From an uncultured Pseudomonadota bacterium (GTDB taxonomy: Bacteria > Myxococcota_A > Polyangia > Fen-1088): DNA of 64,000 nucleotides. Below are positions 1 through 9,094 of the stretch, piece after piece; the stretch's first letter is position 1; each line of letters begins with the position of its first letter. The stretch is from contig CAWHRJ010000004.1 of NCBI GenBank assembly GCA_963831685.1, forward strand, positions 448,812-512,811, read 5' to 3'. Under the pieces are notes generated by a model, which saw only the letters and a program-made list of their open reading frames with translations, was not told where the DNA came from and searched no databases. The position numbers and the translations under genes were made by a program.

Positions 1-1584
1 CTCGGCAAGGTCGACGTGACCGGCGACCTCCTCATGCCCAAAGAGTTTTTCCTGGCGCGCGTCTCGGTCAAGAGCGGCGAGATCTTCAACCGCTCGAAGC
101 TGTCGGACGATCTGCAGAAGCTGACCGACTACTACAAGGACCGCGGCTACGCCTACGTCAACGCCTGCCCCTCGACGCCGGTCAACGAGAAGACCCGGGT
201 GGTCGACGTCTTCTTCGAGATCCAGAAGGGTGAGCTGGTCAGCTTCAACCGCATCAACATCCGCGGGAACAACAAGACGCGCGACAAGGTGATCCGGCGC
301 GAGCTGCGCATCGCCGAGGGAGACACCTTCAACCAGTCGCTGCTCGACTATTCGAAGAAGCGGGTCAACGCGCTCGGGTACTTCGAGAAGGTCGAGATGT
401 CGACCAAGCGCGGCGAGTCCGACGACAGGATGGACGTCAACTTCGAGGTCAACGAGCGGCCGACCGGGACGTTCCAGATCGGCGCCGGGTTCTCCTCGGT
501 CGAGAACTTCATCGCCCAGGCCCAGATCTCGCAGAACAACCTGTTCGGCCGCGGGCAGCTCCTGACGCTGCAGGCGCAGCTCTCCAGCCTCCGGCAGCTT
601 TTTCTCCTCCAGTTCCAGGATCTCTACTTCCTCGACACCAACTGGACCTTCGGCTTCAACCTGTTCAAGCAGGACCAGTTCCTCTATTCGTTCATCCGCT
701 CGTCGAAGGGAGGCAGCCTCACCTGGGGATACCTCCTGGCCGAGGACCTCCGCCTGCTGCTCACCTACAAGCTGGAGCAGGTCGGCATCGGTACCAGCTC
801 GTTCGGGTTCGGCGGGGGGCTCTTCGGCACGCCGAGCATCGGCGTCCCCATCACCACCAGCGGCATCGCCAACCTGTTCCGCTCGGGGATCACCTCCTCG
901 GTCCGCGGCACGCTCTCCTACGACTCGCGCAACGACCGCATGTTCCCCAGCCGCGGCTGGTACAACACGATCTCCGCCGAGATCGCCGATCCGGACGTCA
1001 CCTTCTCGGAGAACACCTTCACGCGCTACGAAGGAACCACGCGCTACTTCTACCCGCTCTGGGGCCCGTTCGTCTTTCGCGCCAAGCTGGAGGGCGATCT
1101 GATCGTCAGCCGCGACCCGCGCGGCGTGCCGATCTTCGAGCGCTACTTCACGGGCGGCATCTACAACATCCGCGGGTTCTCGCCGCTCTCGCTGGGACCG
1201 GTCATCCGGTCACTGGCCCAGCAGGCGCCCGACGCCTCGCTCAACAACTTCCTGGTCGGCGGCAACGTGCAGGTGATCGCCAACGCGGAGATCGAGTTTC
1301 CGATCTTCGACAAGGTGGGGATCCGGGGCGTCGTCTTCGCCGACGCCGGCAACGCGTTCAACCTGGAAGACCAGTACTGCAAGCTCAAACCGTTCAACGT
1401 CGACGCGAGCAAGGACCCGTGCAAGAACCCGCTCGACATCGACGCCTACCGCGCGAGCTGGGGGTTCGGCTTCCGCTGGTTCTCCCCGATCGGTCCGCTC
1501 CGGTTCGAGTGGGGCATCCCGTTCTGGACGCTCCCCGGCGAACAGCCCATCGTGTTCGAATTCACGATTGGTAACTTTTTCTAG
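1..1584 (+). CDS. bamA: BamA (Omp85) outer-membrane protein assembly factor, C-terminal part; the 5' end lies outside the window
   Basis: Frame 1 is open from nt 1 (track ORF 16..1584). The translation shows the last POTRA domain plus a beta-barrel pattern: YNIRGF, alternating strands, and a C-terminal FEFTIGNFF ending in Phe. It is followed directly by skp, as in the canonical cluster. Confidence 0.9.
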   Translation, partial: LGKVDVTGDLLMPKEFFLARVSVKSGEIFNRSKLSDDLQKLTDYYKDRGYAYVNACPSTPVNEKTRVVDVFFEIQKGELVSFNRINIRGNNKTRDKVIRRELRIAEGDTFNQSLLDYSKKRVNALGYFEKVEMSTKRGESDDRMDVNFEVNERPTGTFQIGAGFSSVENFIAQAQISQNNLFGRGQLLTLQAQLSSLRQLFLLQFQDLYFLDTNWTFGFNLFKQDQFLYSFIRSSKGGSLTWGYLLAEDLRLLLTYKLEQVGIGTSSFGFGGGLFGTPSIGVPITTSGIANLFRSGITSSVRGTLSYDSRNDRMFPSRGWYNTISAEIADPDVTFSENTFTRYEGTTRYFYPLWGPFVFRAKLEGDLIVSRDPRGVPIFERYFTGGIYNIRGFSPLSLGPVIRSLAQQAPDASLNNFLVGGNVQVIANAEIEFPIFDKVGIRGVVFADAGNAFNLEDQYCKLKPFNVDASKDPCKNPLDIDAYRASWGFGFRWFSPIGPLRFEWGIPFWTLPGEQPIVFEFTIGNFF

Positions 1585-1624
1585 GGCGCCCGTGTTAAGC
1601 ATCCGTCCGGTAAAGGAGATACGA

Positions 1625-2179
1625 ATGTCACGCGCATCACGATTCCTGGCTCTGGCGATCCTCCTGCTCGGCTCCGCAACCGCGTTCGCCGAGGACACGA
1701 AGCTCGGGTTCGTCGACATGCAGCGCGCGCTGAACGAGACGGACGACGGGAAGAAGGCCAAGGCCGCCCTCAAGAAGGTCTTCGATCAGAAGCAGAAGGA
1801 GCTGGACGAGCAGCAGGCCGCCCTCAAGAAGGACGTCGAGGACCTGGACAAGAAGCGGACGTTGCTGCCGCCCGAGCAGGTGCGTGAGAAGGAGGCCGAG
1901 CTGCAGAGCCGGATGCAGAAGGTGCAGCAGACCTACCTTCGCCACCAGCAAGATCTGTCGGCCAAGGAGCAGGAGGCGACCGCGAAGATCTACGAGCGCA
2001 TGAACAAGATCATCGCCAAGATCGCCACCGCCGAGGGCTTTTCGATGATCGTCGACAAGTCGGCGCTGGTGTTCGCCAAGCCGCACCTCGACCTCACCAA
2101 CGACCTCATTCGACGCTACAATTCGGGCGAGGGAGCCGAGGGCGGCGGCAAGGCGCCGGCGCCAGCGGCCAAGAAGTAG
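1625..2179 (+). CDS. skp: Periplasmic chaperone Skp/OmpH
   Basis: ATG at 1625 sits 6 nt after AAGGAG (1613-1618). It has a signal peptide (LAILLLGSATAFA) and a K/E/Q-rich coiled-coil OmpH-like body. It lies immediately after bamA. Confidence 0.85.
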   Translation: MSRASRFLALAILLLGSATAFAEDTKLGFVDMQRALNETDDGKKAKAALKKVFDQKQKELDEQQAALKKDVEDLDKKRTLLPPEQVREKEAELQSRMQKVQQTYLRHQQDLSAKEQEATAKIYERMNKIIAKIATAEGFSMIVDKSALVFAKPHLDLTNDLIRRYNSGEGAEGGGKAPAPAAKK

Positions 2180-2184
2180 GCGTC

Positions 2185-2640
2185 GTGCTCGATATCCGGG
2201 CGATCGAGCGGATCCTCCCCCACCGGTATCCGTTCCTGCTCGTCGACCGCGTCGACGAGGTCGGCCCGGACAAGCTGGTCGCCCGCAAGCTGGTCTCGCG
2301 CAACGAGCCGCACTTCAACGGCCACTTCCCCGGCCACCCGGTGATGCCGGGGGTCCTCATCATCGAAGCGCTCGCCCAGGCCGGCGCGCTCCTGGCGGCA
2401 CAGACCGTCGGCTTCGATCCCGAAAAGCAGGTCATCTACTTCATGGCCATCGACAAGGCCCGCTTCCGGAAGCCCGTGGTGCCGGGCGACGTGCTGATGC
2501 TGGAGATCGTTCCCCTGCGCAAGGGGGGCGCGATCTGGAAGCTGCACGGCGAGGCCAAGGTCGACGGCGTGGTGGTGGCCGAGGCGGAGCTGCTGGCGTC
2601 GATTCAGCCGCGCGACGCCGCGGCGGCGCCCCAGGGCTGA
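2185..2640 (+). CDS. fabZ: 3-hydroxyacyl-ACP dehydratase FabZ
   Basis: GTG start. The translation is LPHRYPFLLVDRV...EPHFNGHFPGHPVMPGVLIIEALAQ, a hot-dog fold with the catalytic His and Glu context typical of FabZ. Confidence 0.93.
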   Translation: MLDIRAIERILPHRYPFLLVDRVDEVGPDKLVARKLVSRNEPHFNGHFPGHPVMPGVLIIEALAQAGALLAAQTVGFDPEKQVIYFMAIDKARFRKPVVPGDVLMLEIVPLRKGGAIWKLHGEAKVDGVVVAEAELLASIQPRDAAAAPQG

Positions 2641-2645
2641 GCCCC

Positions 2646-3980
2646 GTGCGCGCGGCGGGGCGCTCGGTGCTTGCGATCGCCGCGCTCCTCGCGGGCTGCC
2701 ACCGCTCCGCGATGCCGCCGCGCCCCGACGGTGCCGCTGTCGTCGTGGCGCCCGAGACGGTCGACGACGGGATCGCCACCGGGGCCGAGATCGAGCCCAA
2801 CGACACGCTCGCCAAGGCCCAGCCGCTGGCGGTCACGGCGGCGGCGCCCGTCGCGATCGCCGGCACCCTCCCGCCGGCCGGCGCCGGCAAGCACGACATC
2901 GATCTCTTCCGGATCGACCTCCCGGCGCCCGATGCCGGCGCGCCGACGGTTGCCGGCGGGGACGCCGCGACGCCGCCACCGCCGCCCCGCCTCGTGCTGC
3001 GCGCCGATCTCCGTCCCGTCGCCAGCCTCGCCGTCACGCTGGAGGCGCTCGATGCCGCCGGTCACGTCCTGGTCACGGCGGCCGGGCAGGCGGGTGAGGC
3101 GATCAGCATCCCCAACCTCGCCGCGCGCCCCGGGACCATCCACCTGCGCATCCGGGCGGCGAGCGGCGAGGGGGACGCGGGCGGGAGCTACCGGCTGGTC
3201 GCGCGCCTCGCGCCGTTCGACGCCGGCGCCGAGATCGAGCCGAACGGCGACGCCGCGCACGCGACGGATCTCGCGCCCGGCGGGGAGGCGGTCGGTTACC
3301 TCGGCTGGCGCCACGACCAGGACTGGTACCGGCTGCCGGTGGCCGGTATCGCCGAGGGGAGCGTGCTCTCGGTCGACCTCGATCCGGTCGCGGAGGTCGG
3401 CGCGACGCTTGCGCTGCACGGCGCCGACGGTCACAAGCTGACCGACGCGCGGGGACGGAAGGGCGAGCGTGTGGTCCTGCGCAACGTGCGTTTCCCCGCC
3501 GGTGATCCGTTCGTCTTCGTGGTCGTCCGCGCCGACGTCGGATGGAGCGCCGACGCCCGCTACAACGTCCGGCCCCGCGCCGATCTCCCCAAGGCGGGCA
3601 GCGAGGCCGAGCCGAACGACGATCAGGCGCACGCGCAGGTCATCGGCGACGGGACGGTCACCGGTTACCTCGCGCGCGGCGACGTCGACTTCTTCCGCTA
3701 CTCGACCGACGGGATGGCGTTGCTGGACCTCGAGGTCGCCCCGCCCGAGCGCGGCGGCGTGGAGGTCGAGATCACGCGCGAGGACAACACGCTGCTGGCG
3801 CGCGCGCAGAGCGGCCACCACCTGCCGGCCCGCATCGCCGGACAGCCGATCCCGGGAGGCCCGATCCTGATCCGGGTCGTTCCCCGCCACGGGCCGATCG
3901 ATTCGGATGATCCGTACCGGCTGACGCTGTCGTCGCGGCCGGCCCCCGCGGGGGGCGAGCCGGCACCGAAGGCTGAATGA
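2646..3980 (+). CDS. Secreted lipoprotein with three PPC-like (pre-peptidase C-terminal type) repeats
   Basis: Lipobox LLAGC. There are three about 115-aa repeats, each opening with [AS]E[IA]EPN[DG] (AEIEPNDTLAKAQPL, AEIEPNGDAAHATDL, EAEPNDDQAHAQVI) and carrying D.D.[FWY][FY]R motifs. GC3 codon bias is strong. Confidence 0.75.
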   Translation: MRAAGRSVLAIAALLAGCHRSAMPPRPDGAAVVVAPETVDDGIATGAEIEPNDTLAKAQPLAVTAAAPVAIAGTLPPAGAGKHDIDLFRIDLPAPDAGAPTVAGGDAATPPPPPRLVLRADLRPVASLAVTLEALDAAGHVLVTAAGQAGEAISIPNLAARPGTIHLRIRAASGEGDAGGSYRLVARLAPFDAGAEIEPNGDAAHATDLAPGGEAVGYLGWRHDQDWYRLPVAGIAEGSVLSVDLDPVAEVGATLALHGADGHKLTDARGRKGERVVLRNVRFPAGDPFVFVVVRADVGWSADARYNVRPRADLPKAGSEAEPNDDQAHAQVIGDGTVTGYLARGDVDFFRYSTDGMALLDLEVAPPERGGVEVEITREDNTLLARAQSGHHLPARIAGQPIPGGPILIRVVPRHGPIDSDDPYRLTLSSRPAPAGGEPAPKAE

Positions 3981-4642
3981 AGCGCGCCGCGGTGCTCGCG
4001 CTCCTGGCCGGCATGCTCGGGTCCGCCTGCGCGCACCACCCCGAGGAGCCGGCGGCCACCGTCTCCGCCTTCGGCGCGGCGCTGGCGCGCGGCGATCTTG
4101 GCGCCGCCTACCGGCTGACCTCGCTCGACTTCCAGCGGAGGATCCCCTTCGACGCCTTCGCCGCCGGGTTCACCGCGGGCGGGGGCGAGCCGGCGGCGCT
4201 GGGGCGGCGGATGGTCGCCGAGGCACCCGGGCTGCACCCGCGGGTCGAGGTCACGCTCGCGCTCGGCGAGCGCGTGCCGCTGGTCCTGGAAGGTGGACGC
4301 TGGCGCATCGACGCACCCATCTACGAGGCCTGGGGCCAGGCCACGCCGCGCGCCGCGGTCCTCACCTTCGTCCGGGCCGTCGACGCCCGACGTTACGACG
4401 TCGTGCTGCGTCTCTGTCCCGATCGGTACCGGGCGCGGCTGTCGGCCGAGCGGCTGCGGACCTTCTGGGAAGGCGAGCAGAAGGAGGCGCACCACGCCCT
4501 GCTCGAACGGATGCGCGCGTCGGCGGGCGCTTCCATCGTCGAGGTGGGTGACGAGGCGCGGCTCGAGCTGGCGCCGGATCGCCAGGTTCGGCTGGTCCGC
4601 GAGGCCGGAGAATGGAAGATCGAGGATCCGGATGAATACTGA
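3977..4642 (+). CDS. Hypothetical lipoprotein
   Basis: The ATG overlaps the upstream stop (ATGA). Signal plus lipobox: LLAGMLGSAC. The frame is clean and GC3-biased. I recognise no family. Confidence 0.65.
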   Translation: MKRAAVLALLAGMLGSACAHHPEEPAATVSAFGAALARGDLGAAYRLTSLDFQRRIPFDAFAAGFTAGGGEPAALGRRMVAEAPGLHPRVEVTLALGERVPLVLEGGRWRIDAPIYEAWGQATPRAAVLTFVRAVDARRYDVVLRLCPDRYRARLSAERLRTFWEGEQKEAHHALLERMRASAGASIVEVGDEARLELAPDRQVRLVREAGEWKIEDPDEY

Positions 4643-4714
4643 TTCGTAACACTCCAGAACCGCGGCGTTTTTCGGTGCCTCACGTTCTGAGCCAAAATTG
4701 CCGAACTTGACTAA

Positions 4715-4731
4715 CAGGAAGAGATATTGCA
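4715..4731 (+). promoter_or_regulatory. Possible sigma-54 type -24/-12 promoter element (caGGaagagatatTGCa)
   Basis: GG at 4717-4718 and TTGCA at 4727-4731 have the consensus GG-N10-GC spacing. The element sits in an unusually AT-rich spacer about 29 nt upstream of the GTG at 4759. Only part of the TGGCAC half is matched. Confidence 0.2.
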
Positions 4732-4758
4732 GGCATTTAGCTAGAGGTTCTCCGTCCC

Positions 4759-4947
4759 GTGCTCGAACCTTGGATCATCGAACAGATCCGTCGTCGCGAG
4801 GAAGAGGAGCGGCGTCGCCACGAGCGACCGCGCCTCGAGATTCCTATGCGCGACGAACGCCGGCGTCCGGAGCCTGAGGACGGGGACGAGGAGCGCGAGG
4901 AGGATCACGACGCGCCCCAGCGCGGCGTCGTCATCATCGATATGTGA
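4759..4947 (+). CDS. Small, highly charged R/E-rich protein (62 aa), unknown function
   Basis: GTG start, 10 nt after AGAGG. The frame is GC3-biased. It has an ordered-looking N-terminus (MLEPWIIEQIRRREEE) and C-terminus (RGVVIIDM). Confidence 0.45.
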   Translation: MLEPWIIEQIRRREEEERRRHERPRLEIPMRDERRRPEPEDGDEEREEDHDAPQRGVVIIDM

Positions 4948-5034
4948 ACCGCAGCGTTCCGGCAGCTCCCCGGTTCGAGGTTGATCGCGTCGAGGGCGGA
5001 CGAGCTCTGCTCGGCCGACCTCATCGCGGGAGGT

Positions 5035-5057
5035 CTGGAACCCTCTCAGGGTTCCAG
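5035..5057 (+). promoter_or_regulatory. Perfect 10-bp/3-nt-loop palindrome CTGGAACCCT-CTC-AGGGTTCCAG, 14 nt upstream of the ATG at 5072
   Basis: Read directly from the sequence. It is a member of a three-copy family; the other copies are at 54474-54494 and 61034-61054. Confidence 0.55.
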
Positions 5058-5071
5058 GTTAGAAAGACGCC

Positions 5072-7654
5072 ATGGAGAAGGAGTCGGCGGGGTTCGTCGG
5101 GCGTCGGGCGGAGGTCGCGGTCCTGGATGAGGCGCTCGGGCGGGCGATCCGGTTCAACGCTCCCCAGACCGTGACGATCATCGCCGCGGATGGGCTCGGC
5201 AAGAGCCGCCTGTGCGATGAGTGGGTGGCCGCGCACCGGGGCGAGCAGCTGCGCATCGTGCGCGCGGCCGTGGAACAGGCGGTCGGGGCCGAGGCGGTGG
5301 CCCCGCGCGGGGCCCTGATCGCGCACCTGCTGCGCGTCCGGTTCGGGCTGGCCGAGCTGTCGCCAGACGAGGCCCTGCTGCAGTTCCGCGCGCAGCTGCA
5401 GGAGGTGTTCGGCGACCGGCGGATCCTCGAGCTGTCGACGCTGCTGGGCCGGTTTCTCGGCTTCGACCTGCCGGAGAGCCCGCTCGGCAGCGCTCTCGCG
5501 GGGCGCCCCGAGCAGGGGGCCGAGCTGGCGCGCGCGGTGCTTGCGCGCTTCCTCGAGCAGGACGCGGCCGGACGCCCAGTGGTCGTCATCGGCGAGAACC
5601 TGCAGGACGCCGACGACGACTCCCTGGCCGAGCTCGAGAGCCTGGCGGGCGAGCTGGTCGATGCGCCGATCATGATTGTCGCCACGGCGCGGCCGGAGCT
5701 GCTGGTCCGCCGCCCGGGGTGGGGGCGCGGTGGCGGCAACCACACCCGCATCGACCTGCAGCCGCTGACCCGGATGGAGATCGATCTGCTGGTCTCCTCG
5801 TACCTCGGCCCGTCGGCGCCGGTCCCCGCTGGCCTCGGCGAGCAGGTGGCGGCCGAATCGGCCGGCAATCCGCAGCTGGTCGGCGAGGTGCTGCGCGCTT
5901 ACCGAGAACACGGGATCCTGGCCGGCGGGCAGGGGCCGGGGGGCGAAGGGTGGCGCTTCGATCGGGATCGGGCGGCGCGCCAGCATCCCACGGCCACGCG
6001 CGAGGAGGTGGCGCACGCGCGCATCACCGTGCTGACGGCGGCCGAGCGCGACGTGCTGGCGCGCGCGGCGATCTTCGGCGGAGAGTTCTGGACCGGCGGG
6101 GTGGTGGCGCTGGGGCGAATGGCGGTGGCGCCCCCCGACGAGGCGGCGGTGTTCGCGCCCGATCCGACCATCACCGAGATCCATCAGATTCTGGAGAGCC
6201 TGCGCGAGCGTGGGTTCGTCGAGCGGGTGGCGAAGTCGTCGATCCCGGAGGAGACCGCCTGGGCCTTCTGCCAGACGATCGAGCGGCGCCTCTTGGAGGC
6301 CGACGCCGCATCGGAGCTGACCAAGCGCCGCAAGACCTTCGCCGCGCAGTGGCTGGAGAGCCGGGGCGGGGAGGGGCGCGAGCAGCGGCTCGAGGCGCTG
6401 GCGCGGCTCTACGAGGGGGCGGGCGACGCGCGCCGGGCCGCCTACTGCTTCGTGACGGCGGCGGGGCTGGCGCGCGATCACCTGCTGCTCGATCGCGCGC
6501 ACGCGCTCTACATGGCCGGGATCCGACACCTGGAGCTCGACGACGCCGTGGCCAAGATGGACGCGCTCTATGCGGCCGGGGACGTGGCGGCGCGGCTCGG
6601 GCGGACGCGTGAATCGGTGGGGCTGTTTCAGGAGATGCTGCGGCTGGCCTGGCGGCTCGATCTGCCTGCCAAGGGGGGGGCGGCGCACGGGCGGATCGGC
6701 CGGCTCCTGAGCACGCTGGGAGAGAACGCGCGCGCGCGGGCGCACCTGGAGCTCGCGCAGAAGCTGTTCGAGGTGGCGGGCGACGGGCCCGGCGTCGCGG
6801 CGGCGCTCGACGACATCGGGCGGATCCACTTCCTCATGGGCGAGCCGGAGCAGTCGCTGGCGCGGCACCGCTCGGCGCTCGCCGTGCGCGAGCAGCTGGG
6901 GGACGACCGCGGGCGCTCGCTGACGCTGTCGCGGCTCGGGCAGGTGCTGCGGGCGACCGGCGCGCTGTCGGCGGCGGGGGAACACTTCCGGGCGGCGCTC
7001 GATCTGCGCCGCCGGATCTCCAACCTGCCGGGGGTGATCGCCTCCCTGCTCGATCTCGGGGCGCTGGAGCGCGATCTCGGTCGCCGGCCGGAGGCGCTGT
7101 CGCTGCTGCGCGAGGGGCGCGATCTGGCGCGGGCGAGCGGCGAGAGGCTGCAGGAGTGCAGCCTGGCGATCGAGATTGGCGACTGTCACCTCGGCGACGG
7201 GCAACCGAACGCCGCCATCGCCGAGTTCCAGGCCGCGCGGGAGATAGCCCGGCAGTTCGGTGCGCGGGGGCTCCTGTCGGAGGCGACGCGCGGGATCGCC
7301 GAGGCGGAGCTGGCGCTGGGTGAGGCGGCGCGCGCGCGCGACGACGCCCGGTCGGCGTTCGAAATAGCCGAGCGGGCGGGGGCGCCGCCGCTGGCGGGCG
7401 CCGCGCTGCGGGTGGCCGCCGCCGCCGTCGGAGCCGGGGCGCCGGGCGAGGCCGATATGGGCGGGGCGCGCGAGATGTTCGACCGCGCGATCGAGGTCCT
7501 GACCGGCGCGGGCGCCGAGCTGGAGCTGGCCCGCACGCTCGATGCCTACGCGGAGTTCGAGGATCGCTCGGGGCGCGACGACACCGCCTCCGAGCTGCGC
7601 CGCCAGGCGCGCCTCATCCGCCACCGCGAGCCGCAGTCGTCGTCCGCGGCGTGA
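5072..7654 (+). CDS. STAND/AAA_16-type ATPase with C-terminal TPR array (signal-transduction regulator)
   Basis: The N-terminus reads FVGRRAEVAVLDEAL...TVTIIAADGLGKSRL (P-loop), followed by a Walker-B-like VVVIGENLQDADDDS. The C-terminal half is repeated TPR-like A/L/G-rich helices. The long minus-strand ORF 5021..7624 is an antisense shadow. Confidence 0.8.
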   Translation: MEKESAGFVGRRAEVAVLDEALGRAIRFNAPQTVTIIAADGLGKSRLCDEWVAAHRGEQLRIVRAAVEQAVGAEAVAPRGALIAHLLRVRFGLAELSPDEALLQFRAQLQEVFGDRRILELSTLLGRFLGFDLPESPLGSALAGRPEQGAELARAVLARFLEQDAAGRPVVVIGENLQDADDDSLAELESLAGELVDAPIMIVATARPELLVRRPGWGRGGGNHTRIDLQPLTRMEIDLLVSSYLGPSAPVPAGLGEQVAAESAGNPQLVGEVLRAYREHGILAGGQGPGGEGWRFDRDRAARQHPTATREEVAHARITVLTAAERDVLARAAIFGGEFWTGGVVALGRMAVAPPDEAAVFAPDPTITEIHQILESLRERGFVERVAKSSIPEETAWAFCQTIERRLLEADAASELTKRRKTFAAQWLESRGGEGREQRLEALARLYEGAGDARRAAYCFVTAAGLARDHLLLDRAHALYMAGIRHLELDDAVAKMDALYAAGDVAARLGRTRESVGLFQEMLRLAWRLDLPAKGGAAHGRIGRLLSTLGENARARAHLELAQKLFEVAGDGPGVAAALDDIGRIHFLMGEPEQSLARHRSALAVREQLGDDRGRSLTLSRLGQVLRATGALSAAGEHFRAALDLRRRISNLPGVIASLLDLGALERDLGRRPEALSLLREGRDLARASGERLQECSLAIEIGDCHLGDGQPNAAIAEFQAAREIARQFGARGLLSEATRGIAEAELALGEAARARDDARSAFEIAERAGAPPLAGAALRVAAAAVGAGAPGEADMGGAREMFDRAIEVLTGAGAELELARTLDAYAEFEDRSGRDDTASELRRQARLIRHREPQSSSAA

Positions 7655-7690
7655 GGCCGGTCGGGCCCGGCTCCATCCGCGCGCTGCGGG

Positions 7691-9094
7691 CTACTTCTTG
7701 GCGGCGAGCTTGCCGGCCGGCTTGGCGGGCTTGGCGGCGGCGGTCGTCGTGCCGCCGCTCTTCTTGAGGTCGTCCGGCTTGACCAGGATGCGGTCGAGCG
7801 ACCACTTGGGCGCCAGATAGACGTCGGTACCCTTTCCGCTGGCGACGAAGTAGCTGACTTTGTCCTTGGTCTCGTCGCCGACGCGGATCGCGCATCCCGT
7901 CTTCTTGCCCTTGACCGTGATGAGTTTCGGCTTGGCGAGGCCGTTGTCCTTGAGCGACTGGTCCTCGGCGAAGGCGGATCCCTTGAGATCCTTGAAGGCC
8001 CCGGCGATCGGCGTCGCCTTCGACCCGTCGAGCTCCAGCTTGGCCGGCTTGGTTGCCTTCCACGCGCTGCCGCTCTTGACCAGCGTGTAGGAGTGGTCGC
8101 CGGCGCTGACGGAAATCTCGCTCACGTCGTCGGCCGACAGATCGCAGAGCGTCTTGTCGCGGAACTCGATCGGCCCCTTGTTCACCTTGTCGACGCCGTA
8201 CTTCTTGACCAGGAAGACCTGCGGTGCGTCCGCCTTCTTGACGTAGAGCTGGTCCTCGCCCTTCTTGTTGCCGAGCAGGGCGACGACGCTCTTCCCCCCC
8301 TTCAACCCGACGGTGACGGTGAGCGCCGGCGGCTCGAGGCCGGCCGCGGCGAGCGTGACGCCGTCGGCGAAGTCGTTCGCCTTCCAGCTGGAGAGGGTCT
8401 GCACCATCCCGTTCGGAACGCTGTTGTCGAGGGTCTCGATCTTGACGGTGCTCGAGACGACCGCCCACTTGTCCTCGCTCCCCTCCTTGGTACCGGTCTT
8501 CTTGAGCGAAATCTTGGCGCCGTCCCTGGCGGCCACGTCCAGCTTCTCCACGTCCGTCGCGAGGAAGGAGACGATTCCCTTGTCACGCCAGTCGCTGGGC
8601 CCCTTGTCGAACAGGAACTTGGTGATCCCGCTGGCGCGCCAGACGTCGTTGCTGCCGGCCGGCCGGACCATCGTCCCGGCGCCGACGCCCTTGCCGACGA
8701 TGAGGTCGGCCAGCACCTTGGCGTCGTGTTTGACGACCAGGTGGACGCCCGACTTGTCGTCGACCTCGAACTCGGCTTGCTTGTCCGGCTGCTGCGTCAC
8801 GAGATCGCTGACGTCCATCTTGCCGAGCCCCTCGAACGCCGCCTTGGCGGCGCCGCTGTCGGCCGGGTAGGCGACCGGCGCGGTCACCTTGTAGGTTCCG
8901 CCCTCGTTCTTGATGGTCGTGGTGACGCCGTTCTTGGTCACGTCGATGGTGGTGATCTCGGCTGGCGTGAGGGCGGCGATCGGGTGGGGGTGGTCGCTGG
9001 CGCGCTCCCCCTTCTCCGGTTGCCGGAGGGCGACGATGGCGACGATGGCCAGGACGACGAAGGCCCCGAGGGCGGCGAGCGTTTTCTTGTTCAT
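7691..9094 (-). CDS. DUF4340-like protein, last gene of the GldG-type ABC operon
   Basis: It has an N-terminal TM anchor followed by repeated beta-rich modules. The start overlaps the upstream stop (ATGA at 9091-9094). Position after a GldG-like gene is typical for this family. Confidence 0.75.
   Translation of the reverse strand: MNKKTLAALGAFVVLAIVAIVALRQPEKGERASDHPHPIAALTPAEITTIDVTKNGVTTTIKNEGGTYKVTAPVAYPADSGAAKAAFEGLGKMDVSDLVTQQPDKQAEFEVDDKSGVHLVVKHDAKVLADLIVGKGVGAGTMVRPAGSNDVWRASGITKFLFDKGPSDWRDKGIVSFLATDVEKLDVAARDGAKISLKKTGTKEGSEDKWAVVSSTVKIETLDNSVPNGMVQTLSSWKANDFADGVTLAAAGLEPPALTVTVGLKGGKSVVALLGNKKGEDQLYVKKADAPQVFLVKKYGVDKVNKGPIEFRDKTLCDLSADDVSEISVSAGDHSYTLVKSGSAWKATKPAKLELDGSKATPIAGAFKDLKGSAFAEDQSLKDNGLAKPKLITVKGKKTGCAIRVGDETKDKVSYFVASGKGTDVYLAPKWSLDRILVKPDDLKKSGGTTTAAAKPAKPAGKLAAKK

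Noticed and set aside
4944-5174. A 76-aa ORF overlapping the end of the small R/E-rich ORF and the start of the STAND ATPase gene.
   Set aside because: The translation is R/S/G-rich and overlaps a well-supported gene start. There is no ribosome-binding site. It contains the palindrome, so it is more plausibly non-coding leader.
5021-7624. An 867-aa minus-strand ORF antisense to the STAND ATPase gene. There are similar very long antisense or alternative-frame ORFs elsewhere, for example 12588..14582 (-), 13850..16327 (+), 27418..29058 (+), 27468..29618 (+), 38971..39948 (-) and 49419..50963 (+).
   Set aside because: These are typical high-GC shadow ORFs. Their translations are Arg/Ala/Pro/Gly-rich low-complexity strings without motifs. 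The opposite or alternative frame in each case encodes a recognisable protein with strong GC3 bias.
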